Positions 40,898 to 49,796 of a DNA stretch of 64,000 bases are shown here, in pieces. The notes beneath the pieces are model-generated. The model was not told where the DNA came from and did not search any database. It saw nothing but the letters and a program-made list of their open reading frames with translations. Numbering within the stretch: the stretch's first letter is position 1; each line of letters opens with the position of its first letter. This DNA is from an uncultured delta proteobacterium. GTDB taxonomy: Bacteria; Desulfobacterota; Syntrophia; Syntrophales; UBA5619. The position numbers were made by a program, and so were the translations under genes. Where the stretch lies: contig CAWFOM010000004.1 in the NCBI GenBank assembly GCA_963817385.1, forward strand, positions 27,691 to 91,690. Reading direction: 5' to 3'.

Positions 40898-41326
40898 ATG
40901 ACGAAGATCAACATTAAAGTCGGCCATCAGGAACAAGCAGACAAGCCGATCTACTTGTTACCGACTGGAGCGATTCAATGTGCTAGATTCCTGTACGAGG
41001 GCCGATATAAGAAGAAGTTCAAGGCTATTCACGAGAGGATTCTGAGTTTAGCTCCTTGTAAACCCCGTGATGGCGTTATTGACGTGTCCCAGTACCATTA
41101 CTGGGACGCTATTCGAATCTATCACGAATATGTAGTTGTGAAGTGGGTCAAGTCGGTGAGTGCGAAACAAATCGAGCGATTCGCGAACGAGACAGCGGTA
41201 TTCAGAATGCTGGAAGACATCCGGACCGAGTTCAAACGAGCGGTTGGCTTGAAATGGCAAAAGGAATTCAAGAAAACTAACCCCAATGACCCCAATAGAC
41301 CGCGTCAAGCATGGCAGATTCTCTGA
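40898..41326 (+). CDS. Hypothetical protein (cassette 2)
   Basis: 142-aa basic ORF filling the cassette; no recognised motif. Confidence 0.7.
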   Translation: MTKINIKVGHQEQADKPIYLLPTGAIQCARFLYEGRYKKKFKAIHERILSLAPCKPRDGVIDVSQYHYWDAIRIYHEYVVVKWVKSVSAKQIERFANETAVFRMLEDIRTEFKRAVGLKWQKEFKKTNPNDPNRPRQAWQIL

Positions 41327-41374
41327 TGGCATTGGAGATTACTTCCTCGAGGGACGACCAGGAAGGATGCAAGC

Positions 41375-41439
41375 GCAGAACCAGGCGTTCCACCGGATCG
41401 CCTAAAAAAAGCGGGCTCCCGGTGAACTCTGTGTTAAGC
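41375..41439 (+). other. attC site 2
   Basis: GCAGAAC (complement of the preceding GTTCTGC)...TTCCACCGG...CCGGTGAA...GTTAAGC. Confidence 0.88.
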
Positions 41440-41451
41440 CCAAAAAATATA

Positions 41452-41480
41452 TTGACATAAGGCACACATTGGCGTAATTT
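41452..41480 (+). promoter_or_regulatory. Cassette-internal promoter for the BrnT-type TA pair
   Basis: TTGACA-17 nt-TAATTT. Confidence 0.6.
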
Positions 41481-41486
41481 TAGCAT

Positions 41487-41765
41487 ATGAATATATTCCG
41501 CTGGGACAATGAAAAAAATGAATTGTTGAAAACTACAAGAGGCGTTTGTTTCGAACAAGTTGTCCTCCTGATGGAAAAAGGAGAAATCCTTGACACAATT
41601 GAAAATCCAAATCAAGAAAAGTATTCAGGGCAAAAGATTGCTGTGTTAATGATTGATACCTACGTATATCTTGTTCCTTATGTTGAGAATAATGAAGAGA
41701 TATTTCTCAAAACCATTATACCGAGCAGAAAAGCCACAAATAGGTATGTGAGGGAAAAGAAATGA
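41487..41765 (+). CDS. BrnT/DUF4258-like toxin (cassette 3)
   Basis: FRWDNEKNELLK..RGVCFEQV, FLKTIIPSRKA. Confidence 0.85.
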   Translation: MNIFRWDNEKNELLKTTRGVCFEQVVLLMEKGEILDTIENPNQEKYSGQKIAVLMIDTYVYLVPYVENNEEIFLKTIIPSRKATNRYVREKK

Positions 41766-42046
41766 AAAAGATAATTCTAGATGATGAGGAAAAAGATGTC
41801 CTTGAATCATATGAACGTGGAGAATGGGTGCCGGTTAAGAACGCGAAGAAGGAAATCAAGAAGCTCCAGCAGTATGCAAAAAATACACTGCAAAAAGACA
41901 AGAGAATAAACATTCGCATGTCTTCAAAAGACTTGGATCAAGTGCAGGTTATCGCAGTGCAAGAGGGCATTCCCTACCAGACTCTGGTATCCAGCATCAT
42001 TCATAAGTATGTTTCCGGATATCTTATCGAGAGAAAGAAGGTTTAA
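41762..42046 (+). CDS. RHH/CopG-like antitoxin (cassette 3)
   Basis: KDKRINIRMS...EGIPYQTLVSSIIHKY; ATGA overlap with the toxin. Confidence 0.85.
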   Translation: MKKIILDDEEKDVLESYERGEWVPVKNAKKEIKKLQQYAKNTLQKDKRINIRMSSKDLDQVQVIAVQEGIPYQTLVSSIIHKYVSGYLIERKKV

Positions 42047-42105
42047 CCAGTCCATCCAACGGATCGCCGGGTTGCACCCGGCTCCGGCTGATTTTTTTGT
42101 TAGCC
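42041..42105 (+). other. attC site 3
   Basis: GTTTAAC...GCCGGGTTGCACCCGGC...GTTAGCC. Confidence 0.85.
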
Positions 42106-42119
42106 ACCAGGATGCTACC

Positions 42120-42692
42120 ATGAGAAACTCTCTCCTCATTATGAATGGTGCTGCCCGACCGGGCGGTAATACGGATACTCTGGTTGAGAGGGTAGTTGCT
42201 GGGGCGAGTGATGTCAAGCTGCTCCCCTCGGTCGTCCAACTGCGCAACAAGCATATCTCAAATTGCATAGGCTGTTACCAGTGCATGAGATTTTCTACGT
42301 GCTCTCTTCAGGACGACATGACTGAAATCCGTGACCTGATTGAAGATGCAGATCTATTGGTCCTTGCCTCTCCCCTGTACTGGTGCGGCGTTACCGGGCT
42401 TATGAAGATATTCATCGACAGGCTGTTCTTTTACTATCATCCTGATACCAAACCGCTTATCTCCGGGAAGAAAACCCTCATCCTTACCCCGATGAACCAA
42501 AAGAACGTTGCATTTGAGTCTCAACTGCTTGTAGAGTTCTATAAGCGCCTTTTCAACTGTCTCGGCGTTAAAATAATAGATCTGGTATTCTTCAGCGATA
42601 TCATGGAAAAGGGCATCGTGTTGGAAAGGCCGGAGTATCTTGAACAGGCCTATGAGATCGGCACTCGTCTTGAAAAATATACACGGAGATAA
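42120..42692 (+). CDS. Iron-sulfur flavoprotein / NADPH-dependent FMN reductase family (cassette 4)
   Basis: GAARPGGNT, CIGCYQC...C..QDDM, ASPLYW, MKIFIDR. Confidence 0.88.
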   Translation: MRNSLLIMNGAARPGGNTDTLVERVVAGASDVKLLPSVVQLRNKHISNCIGCYQCMRFSTCSLQDDMTEIRDLIEDADLLVLASPLYWCGVTGLMKIFIDRLFFYYHPDTKPLISGKKTLILTPMNQKNVAFESQLLVEFYKRLFNCLGVKIIDLVFFSDIMEKGIVLERPEYLEQAYEIGTRLEKYTRR

Positions 42693-42744
42693 CAAGGTTC
42701 GGCAGCCGATCGCATAACGGGCCTTACTGACCGTGGCATCCGCA
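42687..42744 (+). other. Degenerate attC site 4
   Basis: AGATAAC...GGCAGC...CTGACCGTGGC-ATCCGCA; the R' GTT is replaced by ATC. Confidence 0.55.
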
Positions 42745-42772
42745 GGCGCACAAGACTTGTGATGGATAAGAT

Positions 42773-43237
42773 ATGGACCTTTTAGAAGAGCTTAAGAAGC
42801 TATCTGTAAAATTAGATCGAGCGGGGATCGATTATGCATTATGCGGAGGTCTGGCTATTGCCATATATGCAAAGCCCCGCGCAACACTCGACATTGATAT
42901 CATGATAGATCCGGATTTTCTTTCCGTAGCCGAGAAGGCTGCGCACGAACTCGGCTTTACAATGAGTTCGATGCCGATGGAATTTAAGGATGGTGCCGTT
43001 AAAATCCATAGATTGATCAAGATCGATAAAGATTCAGACGAGCATCTCGTTCTGGATTTGCTGCTCGTAACGCCGGAAACGAAAAAAGCCTGGGATGATC
43101 GCATCCTCGTTGAGTGGGAAGGAGGTCCATTGAAAGTGGTTTCTCCGCAAGGTCTGATTTTGTTAAAAACTTTACGCGGCAGCGGGCAGGACCAGGACGA
43201 CATCGAATATCTCAGGAGTTTAGAAAATGAAGATTGA
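42773..43237 (+). CDS. Nucleotidyltransferase (MenT/AbiEii-like) (cassette 5)
   Basis: YALCGGLA, PRATLDID, LDLL, LILLK...QDQDDIEYL. Confidence 0.8.
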   Translation: MDLLEELKKLSVKLDRAGIDYALCGGLAIAIYAKPRATLDIDIMIDPDFLSVAEKAAHELGFTMSSMPMEFKDGAVKIHRLIKIDKDSDEHLVLDLLLVTPETKKAWDDRILVEWEGGPLKVVSPQGLILLKTLRGSGQDQDDIEYLRSLENED

Positions 43238-43394
43238 TATGAGTCCAAAAGCAATCACAAAGCGACTGAGAATTGTGAATGAGTTGAGGCGAACATGCCT
43301 GTCACTTGCGAATACCGAGGCGGGAAAGGAAATAATGAAAAAGTTTTCGGCCAACAAATCGGTGCAGCGGACCGCGCGGTCGCTCGGCCGCTGA
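43227..43394 (+). CDS. Small 55-aa basic protein overlapping the NTase stop (not in the ORF track)
   Basis: AGGAG RBS; MKIDMSPKAITKRLRIVNELRRTCLSLA...; ends inside attC5. Confidence 0.65.
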   Translation: MKIDMSPKAITKRLRIVNELRRTCLSLANTEAGKEIMKKFSANKSVQRTARSLGR

Positions 43395-43408
43395 CCGTAC
43401 CGTTCATG
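43349..43408 (+). other. attC site 5
   Basis: GGCCAAC...GGTGCAGCGG...CCGCTGACC...GTTCATG. Confidence 0.85.
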
Positions 43409-43443
43409 CCCTGAAAAAATAAACCTTTCAATTAGTCCATCTA

Positions 43444-43472
43444 ATGTGTATGATCTAGCTTAATATACACAT
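43444..43472 (+). promoter_or_regulatory. vapBC -10 element with operator palindrome
   Basis: ATGTGTAT-N13-ATACACAT overlapping TATGAT. Confidence 0.6.
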
Positions 43473-43484
43473 GGGAGGTAAGAA

Positions 43485-43679
43485 ATGAGAACGAATGTAG
43501 TCGTAGATGACGATCTGATGGAATCGGCTCTCAAGGTATCCGGCCTCAGAACAAAAAAGGATGCCATAGAAGAGGGATTGAAACTGTTGGTGCAAGTCAA
43601 ACGCCAGAAAGAAATTAAGCGTTTTCGAGGAAAACTCAAATGGTCTGGCAATCTCGACGAGATGAGGTTAGACAAATGA
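43485..43679 (+). CDS. vapB: VapB antitoxin (DUF2191-like) (cassette 6)
   Basis: MRTNVVVDDDLM..A...TKK...RGKLKWSGNLDEMR. Confidence 0.9.
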   Translation: MRTNVVVDDDLMESALKVSGLRTKKDAIEEGLKLLVQVKRQKEIKRFRGKLKWSGNLDEMRLDK

Positions 43680-44071
43680 TTCTCGTTGATTCGTCCGTCT
43701 GGATCGACTACTTCAACGGCAATAAAACGTCTCAGACGGACTGGCTGGACTCTTCACTTGGAAATACACCCATCATCATAAGTGATCTTATTCTAACCGA
43801 AGTCCTTCAGGGATTTCTGAATGATAAAGACTTCAAGATAGCCAGGGACATTCTCTTAGGTATCCCATTTATGTCGATGGGAGGACAGGTATTAGCCATA
43901 GAGAGCGCTATGAACTATAGATTCCTGAGGAAGAAAGGTGTGACCGTGAGGAAGACTATAGACGTCATTATTGGAACTTTCTGTATCCACCACCAGCTGA
44001 CATTGTTGCATGACGACAGGGATTTTGATCCGATGGTTAAGTTCTTAGGTTTGGAGATAATCGACACATAA
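43676..44071 (+). CDS. vapC: VapC PIN-domain toxin (cassette 6)
   Basis: ILVDSSVWID, EVLQG, RKTIDVII, HDDRDF. Confidence 0.92.
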   Translation: MILVDSSVWIDYFNGNKTSQTDWLDSSLGNTPIIISDLILTEVLQGFLNDKDFKIARDILLGIPFMSMGGQVLAIESAMNYRFLRKKGVTVRKTIDVIIGTFCIHHQLTLLHDDRDFDPMVKFLGLEIIDT

Positions 44072-44124
44072 CGAATCAATTCACCGGACGCTCGTTCCTC
44101 GCGCCGATGATTACTATGTCGGTG
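44066..44124 (+). other. attC site 6 (R' imperfect)
   Basis: ACATAAC...AATTCACCGG...CCGATGATT...GTCGGTG (one T short of GTTCGGT). Confidence 0.7.
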
Positions 44125-44219
44125 GAAAATAGAATGAAAATGATTTTACAGATCTAAGCACTGAATTGTGTTATAATACATTCGGTTTAGTAAAAACTTA
44201 AATGTATGGAGAATAAAAA

Positions 44220-44444
44220 ATGAAACAATTTAAAATAGTTGTCGAAAAGCACCCTGATACGTACGTTGCGTATCCTCTCGGTATAAAAGGAGTTGTGGTT
44301 GGTCAAGGGGAAACATATGAAGCTGCTTTGGCTGATGTTAAATCGGCTATAAAATTCCATATTGATACTTTTGGCCCTGAACAAATCGAAATTGACCCTC
44401 CAATTTTAGAAGCTTTTATTGCAGAAACAGGGATAGCCGTTTGA
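44220..44444 (+). CDS. hicB: HicB-like antitoxin (cassette 7)
   Basis: YVAYP.G..G..GQGETYEAAL; extended -10 TGnTATAAT at 44169-44177. Confidence 0.85.
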   Translation: MKQFKIVVEKHPDTYVAYPLGIKGVVVGQGETYEAALADVKSAIKFHIDTFGPEQIEIDPPILEAFIAETGIAV

Positions 44445-44680
44445 TATCGCAGTTTCCGGCAGATGCTCCTATTAGAAAGGTGATGAAAGCCTTGGAGCGT
44501 TTGGGATTCACTGTGGTTCGCGAGGGCAATCATATCGCCATGATAAAAGAAAACCCCGATGGAACTCGGACTCCCCTTACAATGCCCAACCATCCAACAA
44601 TAAAGAAATCCACCTTACGAACAATCTTGACCCAGGCAAGAATTTCAAGAGACGAATTTCTTGACGCATATTATTCGTAA
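44441..44680 (+). CDS. hicA: HicA toxin (cassette 7)
   Basis: ALERLGF...REGNH, MPNH, TLRTIL.QA. Confidence 0.88.
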   Translation: MISQFPADAPIRKVMKALERLGFTVVREGNHIAMIKENPDGTRTPLTMPNHPTIKKSTLRTILTQARISRDEFLDAYYS

Positions 44681-44705
44681 AAATATTGGTATAAAAACTT
44701 ATTGC

Positions 44706-44764
44706 GCCGAACAAAAAAATCCAGCCGACAGCATACAGCAATCGGCTGATTTTGACCGTTAGCC
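44706..44764 (+). other. attC site 7 (array end)
   Basis: GCCGAAC...AAATCCAGCCGA...TCGGCTGATTT...GTTAGCC. Confidence 0.88.
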
Positions 44765-44821
44765 CTCGGGAGTTTCCGGGAGTTCGGGTTTCGGGGACAG
44801 TATGCGTGATTATTGCCGAAA

Positions 44822-45598
44822 TTACCGGAGCAGACCTTCCAGATCGGCGATGCTGTTGAAGACGTAGTTAGGCTGTATGAGGGATATTTCCAAGGTCTTT
44901 GCGTCGGTGACGCCGCTCAGGACGAGGGCTGTCTTCATACCCGACTCCAGCCCCATGCGGATGTCCGTCTCCAGCCGGTCCCCGACGAGGAGGCACTCCT
45001 CAGGGCGGAGCCCCATCGCCTCCAGGGCCACCTGCACGGTGATGGGCGAAGGTTTCCCCACGATCACCTCCACCTTTTTCAGGGTCACCGCCTCCAGGGC
45101 GGCAATGACCCCGGCGCAGTCGGGAAGCTCTCCTCCTTCCACGGGGCAGGTCCTATCGGGGTTGGTGGCGATGAAATGGGCTCCCTTCTTGATGGCCTGG
45201 AAGGCGATGTTGTACTTCCGGTAATCGAAGGTGCGATCGAAGGCGGCCACGACGTACTGGATTTCGTCAGGGTTCTCGGTCAGATGGAAACCGGCCCTGG
45301 CCATCTCCGCCACGAAGGGGAGCTCCCCCATGACGAAGACCTTCGCCTCCGGTGCGATCTTCCCGAGATAGCGGATCAGGACAAAGGTCGAGTTGACGAC
45401 CTCCGCCGGCTTGGTGGGAATGCCGAGGCGCGTCAGCTTGGCCGCATAGTCCTTACGGGTATAGAGGGGCTTGTTGGACAGGAAGACGACCTTTTTCCCC
45501 GCTTCCCTTAGCCGGCGGATGACCTGCTCCGCCCCGGGGATCAGGCGCTCTCCCAGATAGACCGTCCCATCCAGATCGAAGATGAATCCCTTGAACAT
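44822..45598 (-). CDS. HAD-IIA (NagD-like) phosphatase
   Basis: FDLDGT, LSN, ATNPD, GKP, GDRLETD. Confidence 0.92.
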   Translation of the reverse strand: MFKGFIFDLDGTVYLGERLIPGAEQVIRRLREAGKKVVFLSNKPLYTRKDYAAKLTRLGIPTKPAEVVNSTFVLIRYLGKIAPEAKVFVMGELPFVAEMARAGFHLTENPDEIQYVVAAFDRTFDYRKYNIAFQAIKKGAHFIATNPDRTCPVEGGELPDCAGVIAALEAVTLKKVEVIVGKPSPITVQVALEAMGLRPEECLLVGDRLETDIRMGLESGMKTALVLSGVTDAKTLEISLIQPNYVFNSIADLEGLLR

Positions 45599-47317
45599 CT
45601 AACCGAAGACGCCTCCCATCTTGGAGCCGGCCATGCGGTTGATGATGAACAGGCAGGCCGCGCCGAGGATGATCAAAATGAACCCGAGGGCCGCCGCCTC
45701 GTTGACCGACCCGCCGATATAAAAGTTGAAGATGCCCACCGTCATCATCTCGTGGCCGGGGATGACCAAAAGCAGGGTGGCAGAGGCCTCCTGGAGGGCC
45801 AGGATGAAGGAGTACAGCGATCCCACCAGGACCCCCTTCCAGATGAGGGGTAGCGTGACGTCCTTGAACGTCCTGGGCTTGGAGGCGCCGACGCTCTCGG
45901 CCGCCTCCTCGAACGAGCGGTGGACGATGAGCAGCGAGGCGAAGGTCCCCCGCACCGTATAGGGGAGGCGCCGGACCGCAAGGACGATGGGAATGATCAT
46001 CCACATGCCGATGAGGGCCGCGCTCATGAAGGGAAAGGGGTCTCGGAAGGCGCGCATGTAGGCGATGCCGATGCCGGTTCCCGGCAGGGCCAGGATCAGC
46101 GTGGTCAGCGAATCGAGGACCCCCCGCCCCGGGAGTTTGGTCCGGGACATGACCCAGGCCACGGGTACGCCCACGGCGATGCAGATCGCGACCGAAATCC
46201 CCGAATAGAGGAGGCTGTTGACGATGAACTTGGGCGTCTCGATGGCCACCCGCTCGAAATACTGGAGGGTATACTTGACCGGGAAAGGGGTAAGCGCCCA
46301 GCCTTTGCCGAAGGAGTCCAGCGCAAGCCCCAGATAGGGGATGAAGGCCAAAATCAGGATGGACATCAGGAAGGCAATCGCGCCCGCCTGCGCCAGGGGA
46401 GAGAGTTTCTTCCGCTCGATCACCGAATAGGACAGTGAACTGTAATCCTTGATCGATACGTACTTCTTGGCGATGATCAGAAACAGGATGGCCAGGATCA
46501 CCATGATGGCTGAAATGACGATCCCCATCTTGAAGAGCCGCCGGTCCACGAACTGGACGATGTTCAGGTAGGCCTGGGAGGCGAGCAGGTCGGAGATTCC
46601 GACTACCAGCGGCGTGGCGAAGTCGGCGAAGGTCCAGATGAAGACCAACAGCGCCCCGGAAACGTAACCGGGGGTTGTCAGCGGGAAGGTGATGTCCCAG
46701 AACTTGCGGAGCCCCCGGGACCCGACGCTCTCGGCCGCTTCATCGAGAGAGGGTGAGATCTTCCCCATGGCATCGACGATGGAGAGCGTCATCAGGGGAA
46801 AGAGGTGCAGCGTCTCCACCAGGAGCACCCCGTGGAGCCCGTACATGAAATTGATGGGCTGCTGAAAACCGAAATAGTCCTGAAGAATGATATTGACGGT
46901 TCCGGCGCGACCCAGGATGAAGACGAAACCCATGACGCCGACCAGGGGGGGCATGATCATCGGGACGATCGTCAGATACGAGAAGAGCCCCCGGCCGGGA
47001 AAATCGTATCGCAAAAGCAAAAACGCGATGGCGATGCCGATGATGGAGGTGGTGATCACGGTGCCCACGCCCAGGATCAGGGAGTTCAGAAGCGACTTCA
47101 GGTAGTAGGCGTCGGTAAAGAAGTCCTGAAAATTCGCAATGGTAAAAAGCCCGCTCTCGGTGGTGAAACTGTCATAAAAAAGGCGGATAAGAGGGTAGAT
47201 GAGAAAGATGATGAAAAAGGCCCAGACGGCGGCATAACCCAGAAGGCCGCCGATCTTCATCTCCGCCCAGACACTGGGCTTGGGCAGGGCAACGGTATTA
47301 CCTATTTCCATTTCCAC
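45599..47317 (-). CDS. ABC transporter fused permease (FbpB/AfuB-like)
   Basis: Two EAA motifs (DEAAESVG, EEAAESVG); about 12 TM segments. Confidence 0.92.
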   Translation of the reverse strand: MEMEIGNTVALPKPSVWAEMKIGGLLGYAAVWAFFIIFLIYPLIRLFYDSFTTESGLFTIANFQDFFTDAYYLKSLLNSLILGVGTVITTSIIGIAIAFLLLRYDFPGRGLFSYLTIVPMIMPPLVGVMGFVFILGRAGTVNIILQDYFGFQQPINFMYGLHGVLLVETLHLFPLMTLSIVDAMGKISPSLDEAAESVGSRGLRKFWDITFPLTTPGYVSGALLVFIWTFADFATPLVVGISDLLASQAYLNIVQFVDRRLFKMGIVISAIMVILAILFLIIAKKYVSIKDYSSLSYSVIERKKLSPLAQAGAIAFLMSILILAFIPYLGLALDSFGKGWALTPFPVKYTLQYFERVAIETPKFIVNSLLYSGISVAICIAVGVPVAWVMSRTKLPGRGVLDSLTTLILALPGTGIGIAYMRAFRDPFPFMSAALIGMWMIIPIVLAVRRLPYTVRGTFASLLIVHRSFEEAAESVGASKPRTFKDVTLPLIWKGVLVGSLYSFILALQEASATLLLVIPGHEMMTVGIFNFYIGGSVNEAAALGFILIILGAACLFIINRMAGSKMGGVFG

Positions 47318-47343
47318 GTTCGGCGTCCTCTCTTCTCATCTTC

Positions 47344-48423
47344 TCAGGCGGGGATTCCCAAGGTGATCTGGACGGGAAAGCACACATCCACCTTCTCGGC
47401 AATGGGGAACGGCTGCTGGTTCCAGGGGTTCTGCACATCCACCTTGAAGAGGGTCTCCGGATCCAGTTCGATGTCGTAGCGGATGGTGTTGCCGATATAG
47501 GAGGCGAAGCTGACCTTCCCGGGGAGCAGGTTCATGCCGTCCTTCCGTTCGGCGGAGTTGCAGATCGTGGCGACCTCGGGGCGGACGGTGACCTTGCAGA
47601 CGTCCCCGGTCGTGAACCGGCCCTCATAGGCGCACTTGATGAGGCCGAAGCGGGTCTCGACGGCCATCCACCCCTTCGCCTCCTGGATCTCCTTCACCTG
47701 GCCGGCAATCAGGTTGTTGATGCCGATGAAATCGGCCACGAAAGGGTTTTCGGGCCGCTGGTAGAGATCCCGGGGGGAGCCGAGCTGCTGGAGCTTCCCG
47801 TGATCGAGGACCGCGATGCGGTCCGAGAGGGTCAGCGCCTCTTCCTGATCATGGGTTACGTAGATGGCGGTGATGGCCAGATCCTTCTGGAGCTTCCGGA
47901 TTTCGGTGCGCACCTGCTGGCGGATCTTGGCGTCCAGGTTGGAGAGGGGCTCGTCGAGCAGAAGCACGTCCGGGTTGAGGACCAGGGCGCGGGCCAGGGC
48001 CACGCGCTGCTGCTGACCGCCCGAGAGCTGGCCGGGATACCGCTTTTCGAGGCCCGTCAGATTGACCAGCGAAAGCGAGTGGTTCACCTTCTCAGCGATC
48101 TCCGCGGAGGCCGTTTTTTTGATCTTGAGGCCGTAGGCCACGTTGTCGAAGATGGTCATGTGCGGCCAGAGGGCATAGTTCTGAAAGACCATGCCGATGT
48201 TCCGTTCATAGGGAGGAATCGCCGATACCTCCCGGTCCCCGAAATAGATCTCACCGTTATCGGGCTTGTGAAAGCCGCCGATCAGACGCAGTATCGTCGT
48301 TTTGCCGCAACCCGAAGGCCCCAGGAGGGTAAAGAGTTCGCCGTCCCTGATATCAAGGGACACATGACTGACGGCCTCCAGGGTGCCGAATCGTTTCACC
48401 ATGTTTTTTAGCTGGATATTCAT
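47344..48423 (-). CDS. ABC transporter ATPase (FbpC/PotA-like, TOBE tail)
   Basis: GPSGCGKT, LSGGQQQR, LLLDEP, THDQEEA. Confidence 0.93.
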   Translation of the reverse strand: MNIQLKNMVKRFGTLEAVSHVSLDIRDGELFTLLGPSGCGKTTILRLIGGFHKPDNGEIYFGDREVSAIPPYERNIGMVFQNYALWPHMTIFDNVAYGLKIKKTASAEIAEKVNHSLSLVNLTGLEKRYPGQLSGGQQQRVALARALVLNPDVLLLDEPLSNLDAKIRQQVRTEIRKLQKDLAITAIYVTHDQEEALTLSDRIAVLDHGKLQQLGSPRDLYQRPENPFVADFIGINNLIAGQVKEIQEAKGWMAVETRFGLIKCAYEGRFTTGDVCKVTVRPEVATICNSAERKDGMNLLPGKVSFASYIGNTIRYDIELDPETLFKVDVQNPWNQQPFPIAEKVDVCFPVQITLGIPA

Positions 48424-48461
48424 AGTTTCATCCGATGACCATGCAATTCCGTTTAAGGAGC

Positions 48462-48494
48462 GAAGATTCTCCGCAGCCTGCTGCGGAGAGCTTC
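48462..48494. repeat. Intergenic REP-like palindrome
   Basis: GAAGATTCTCCGCAGC-CT-GCTGCGGAGAGCTTC near-perfect hairpin between the SBP and ATPase genes. Confidence 0.55.
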
Positions 48495-48670
48495 GGTTCC
48501 CGCCCTTCACCTTCTCGCGGAGGAAAAAGGCGAAGGGGCAATCTCCCCTGCACGCCGGGAAGCCTCAAGGGCTCCCCGGGGGCGCTGGTTTTCTGAGAAG
48601 AAAGAGCCCGGGAATCCTCTCCGCCCGCTCTGGTCGTGGAGGCGTTCCCCGGTCCTGTCCCTGACGGATC

Positions 48671-49796
48671 TTACTTCTTGATGAGTTCCTTGTGCTTCTC
48701 GGCGATTTCCTTCCGGAAGTAGGAGTTGACCTCCTCGTTCCGCTTTTTCTCGCCGGCGATCTTGGGGTCGTAGACGTTGCCGACCTGGATGTCATAGAAG
48801 GAGCGGATGCCGGCCGTGAACTGGACGGCCTTCTCCGCGGCAGAGCCGGCTGCCCCCTGCACCTTGTACTTAGAGGTGATGGGGTAGAGGCCGCGTTCCA
48901 TGAAGATCCGCTGCCCTTCCTCGGTCAGAAGGAACTCGATGAAGGCGTGGGCCGCCTTGGGATGGGGGGCGCCCTTGAGCACCGCCATCGGTTCGGGGGT
49001 CACGTAGGCGTTCTTGGGGTAAACGAACATGACGTCATAGCCGCCGAGAACTTCGGCGAAGGCCATGTAACTGGGAACCGCCACGCCCACGGCGAACTCT
49101 CCCTTGGCCACCACGCTCGGCACGTCGCGGGAGCGGGCCGTAAAGATCCCCGTGTTGGCCGCCAGTTTGCTCAGCCAGTCCCAGCCCTTTTCCCAGCCGT
49201 ACATGGCCAGGATCACCTCGTAGCTTGCGTGGCTGGAGCTGGAGCGGTCCGGCGTGCACTGGGCGATCTGGCCCTTGAGCTTGGGGTTGAGCAGATCGTT
49301 CCAGTCATTGAGCTCGACGCCGAGCCGTTTGAGCAGCTTCGGCTGATAGATCAGCCCGTAGGGTTCGAGCGTCGTTCCCACCCAGAACCCCTTGGGGTCC
49401 TTCAGCGGGAGGCCCGACTGGCTTGCCGATGGTGGCCGGGATCTCGTCCCACATTGCCTTGGGGATGGTGACCTTGTCCAGGAGGCCCTGGTCGGCCAGG
49501 AGGTCGAACAGCGTCCCTTCGCCGCCCCAGAAGACGTCCGCCTGGGGCTTGCCCTTCCACTCGACGATCTGGCCGTAAGCGACGGGCGTCCCCTGCGGCA
49601 TGGCGCTTGTCTTGAGATCCACGTTGTACTTTTTCTTCACAAAGGCCGCGAAGGCCTTCAACGCCGGATCATGGACGTCTTTAGAGACCGGGGTAATGAG
49701 ATAGAACTCATTCTCGATAGCCTGGGCGAAACCAGTCCCTGTCAGACAGACGAACCCCATGACCGTTAGGGCAATGGCCACTGCAAAACGTTTCAT
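48671..49796 (-). CDS. ABC substrate-binding protein (frameshift ~49410)
   Basis: Signal peptide, ADVFWGG, then LKDPKGFW...WNDLL.P, P..SSS, FIEFLL..EGQ in a second frame. Confidence 0.88.

Larger units (their letters stand above)
40380..44764 (+). mobile_element. Integron gene-cassette array (7 attC sites)
   Basis: Co-oriented short ORFs each followed by an AAC...GTT-bounded imperfect hairpin; cassette-end core sites are mutually complementary. Confidence 0.9.

Noticed and set aside
40784..44764. Recurrent intergenic hairpins as a CRISPR array or simple terminators
   Set aside because: They are non-identical, separated by whole genes and carry AAC/GTT cores typical of attC; no cas genes or regular repeat-spacer pattern were seen in the window
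44765..44820. GGAGTTTCCGGGGAGTTCGGGTTTCGGGGACAGTAT after attC7 as an eighth cassette or an IS end
   Set aside because: No ORF or attC follows; it may be a short repeat remnant but is too short to call from this window alone
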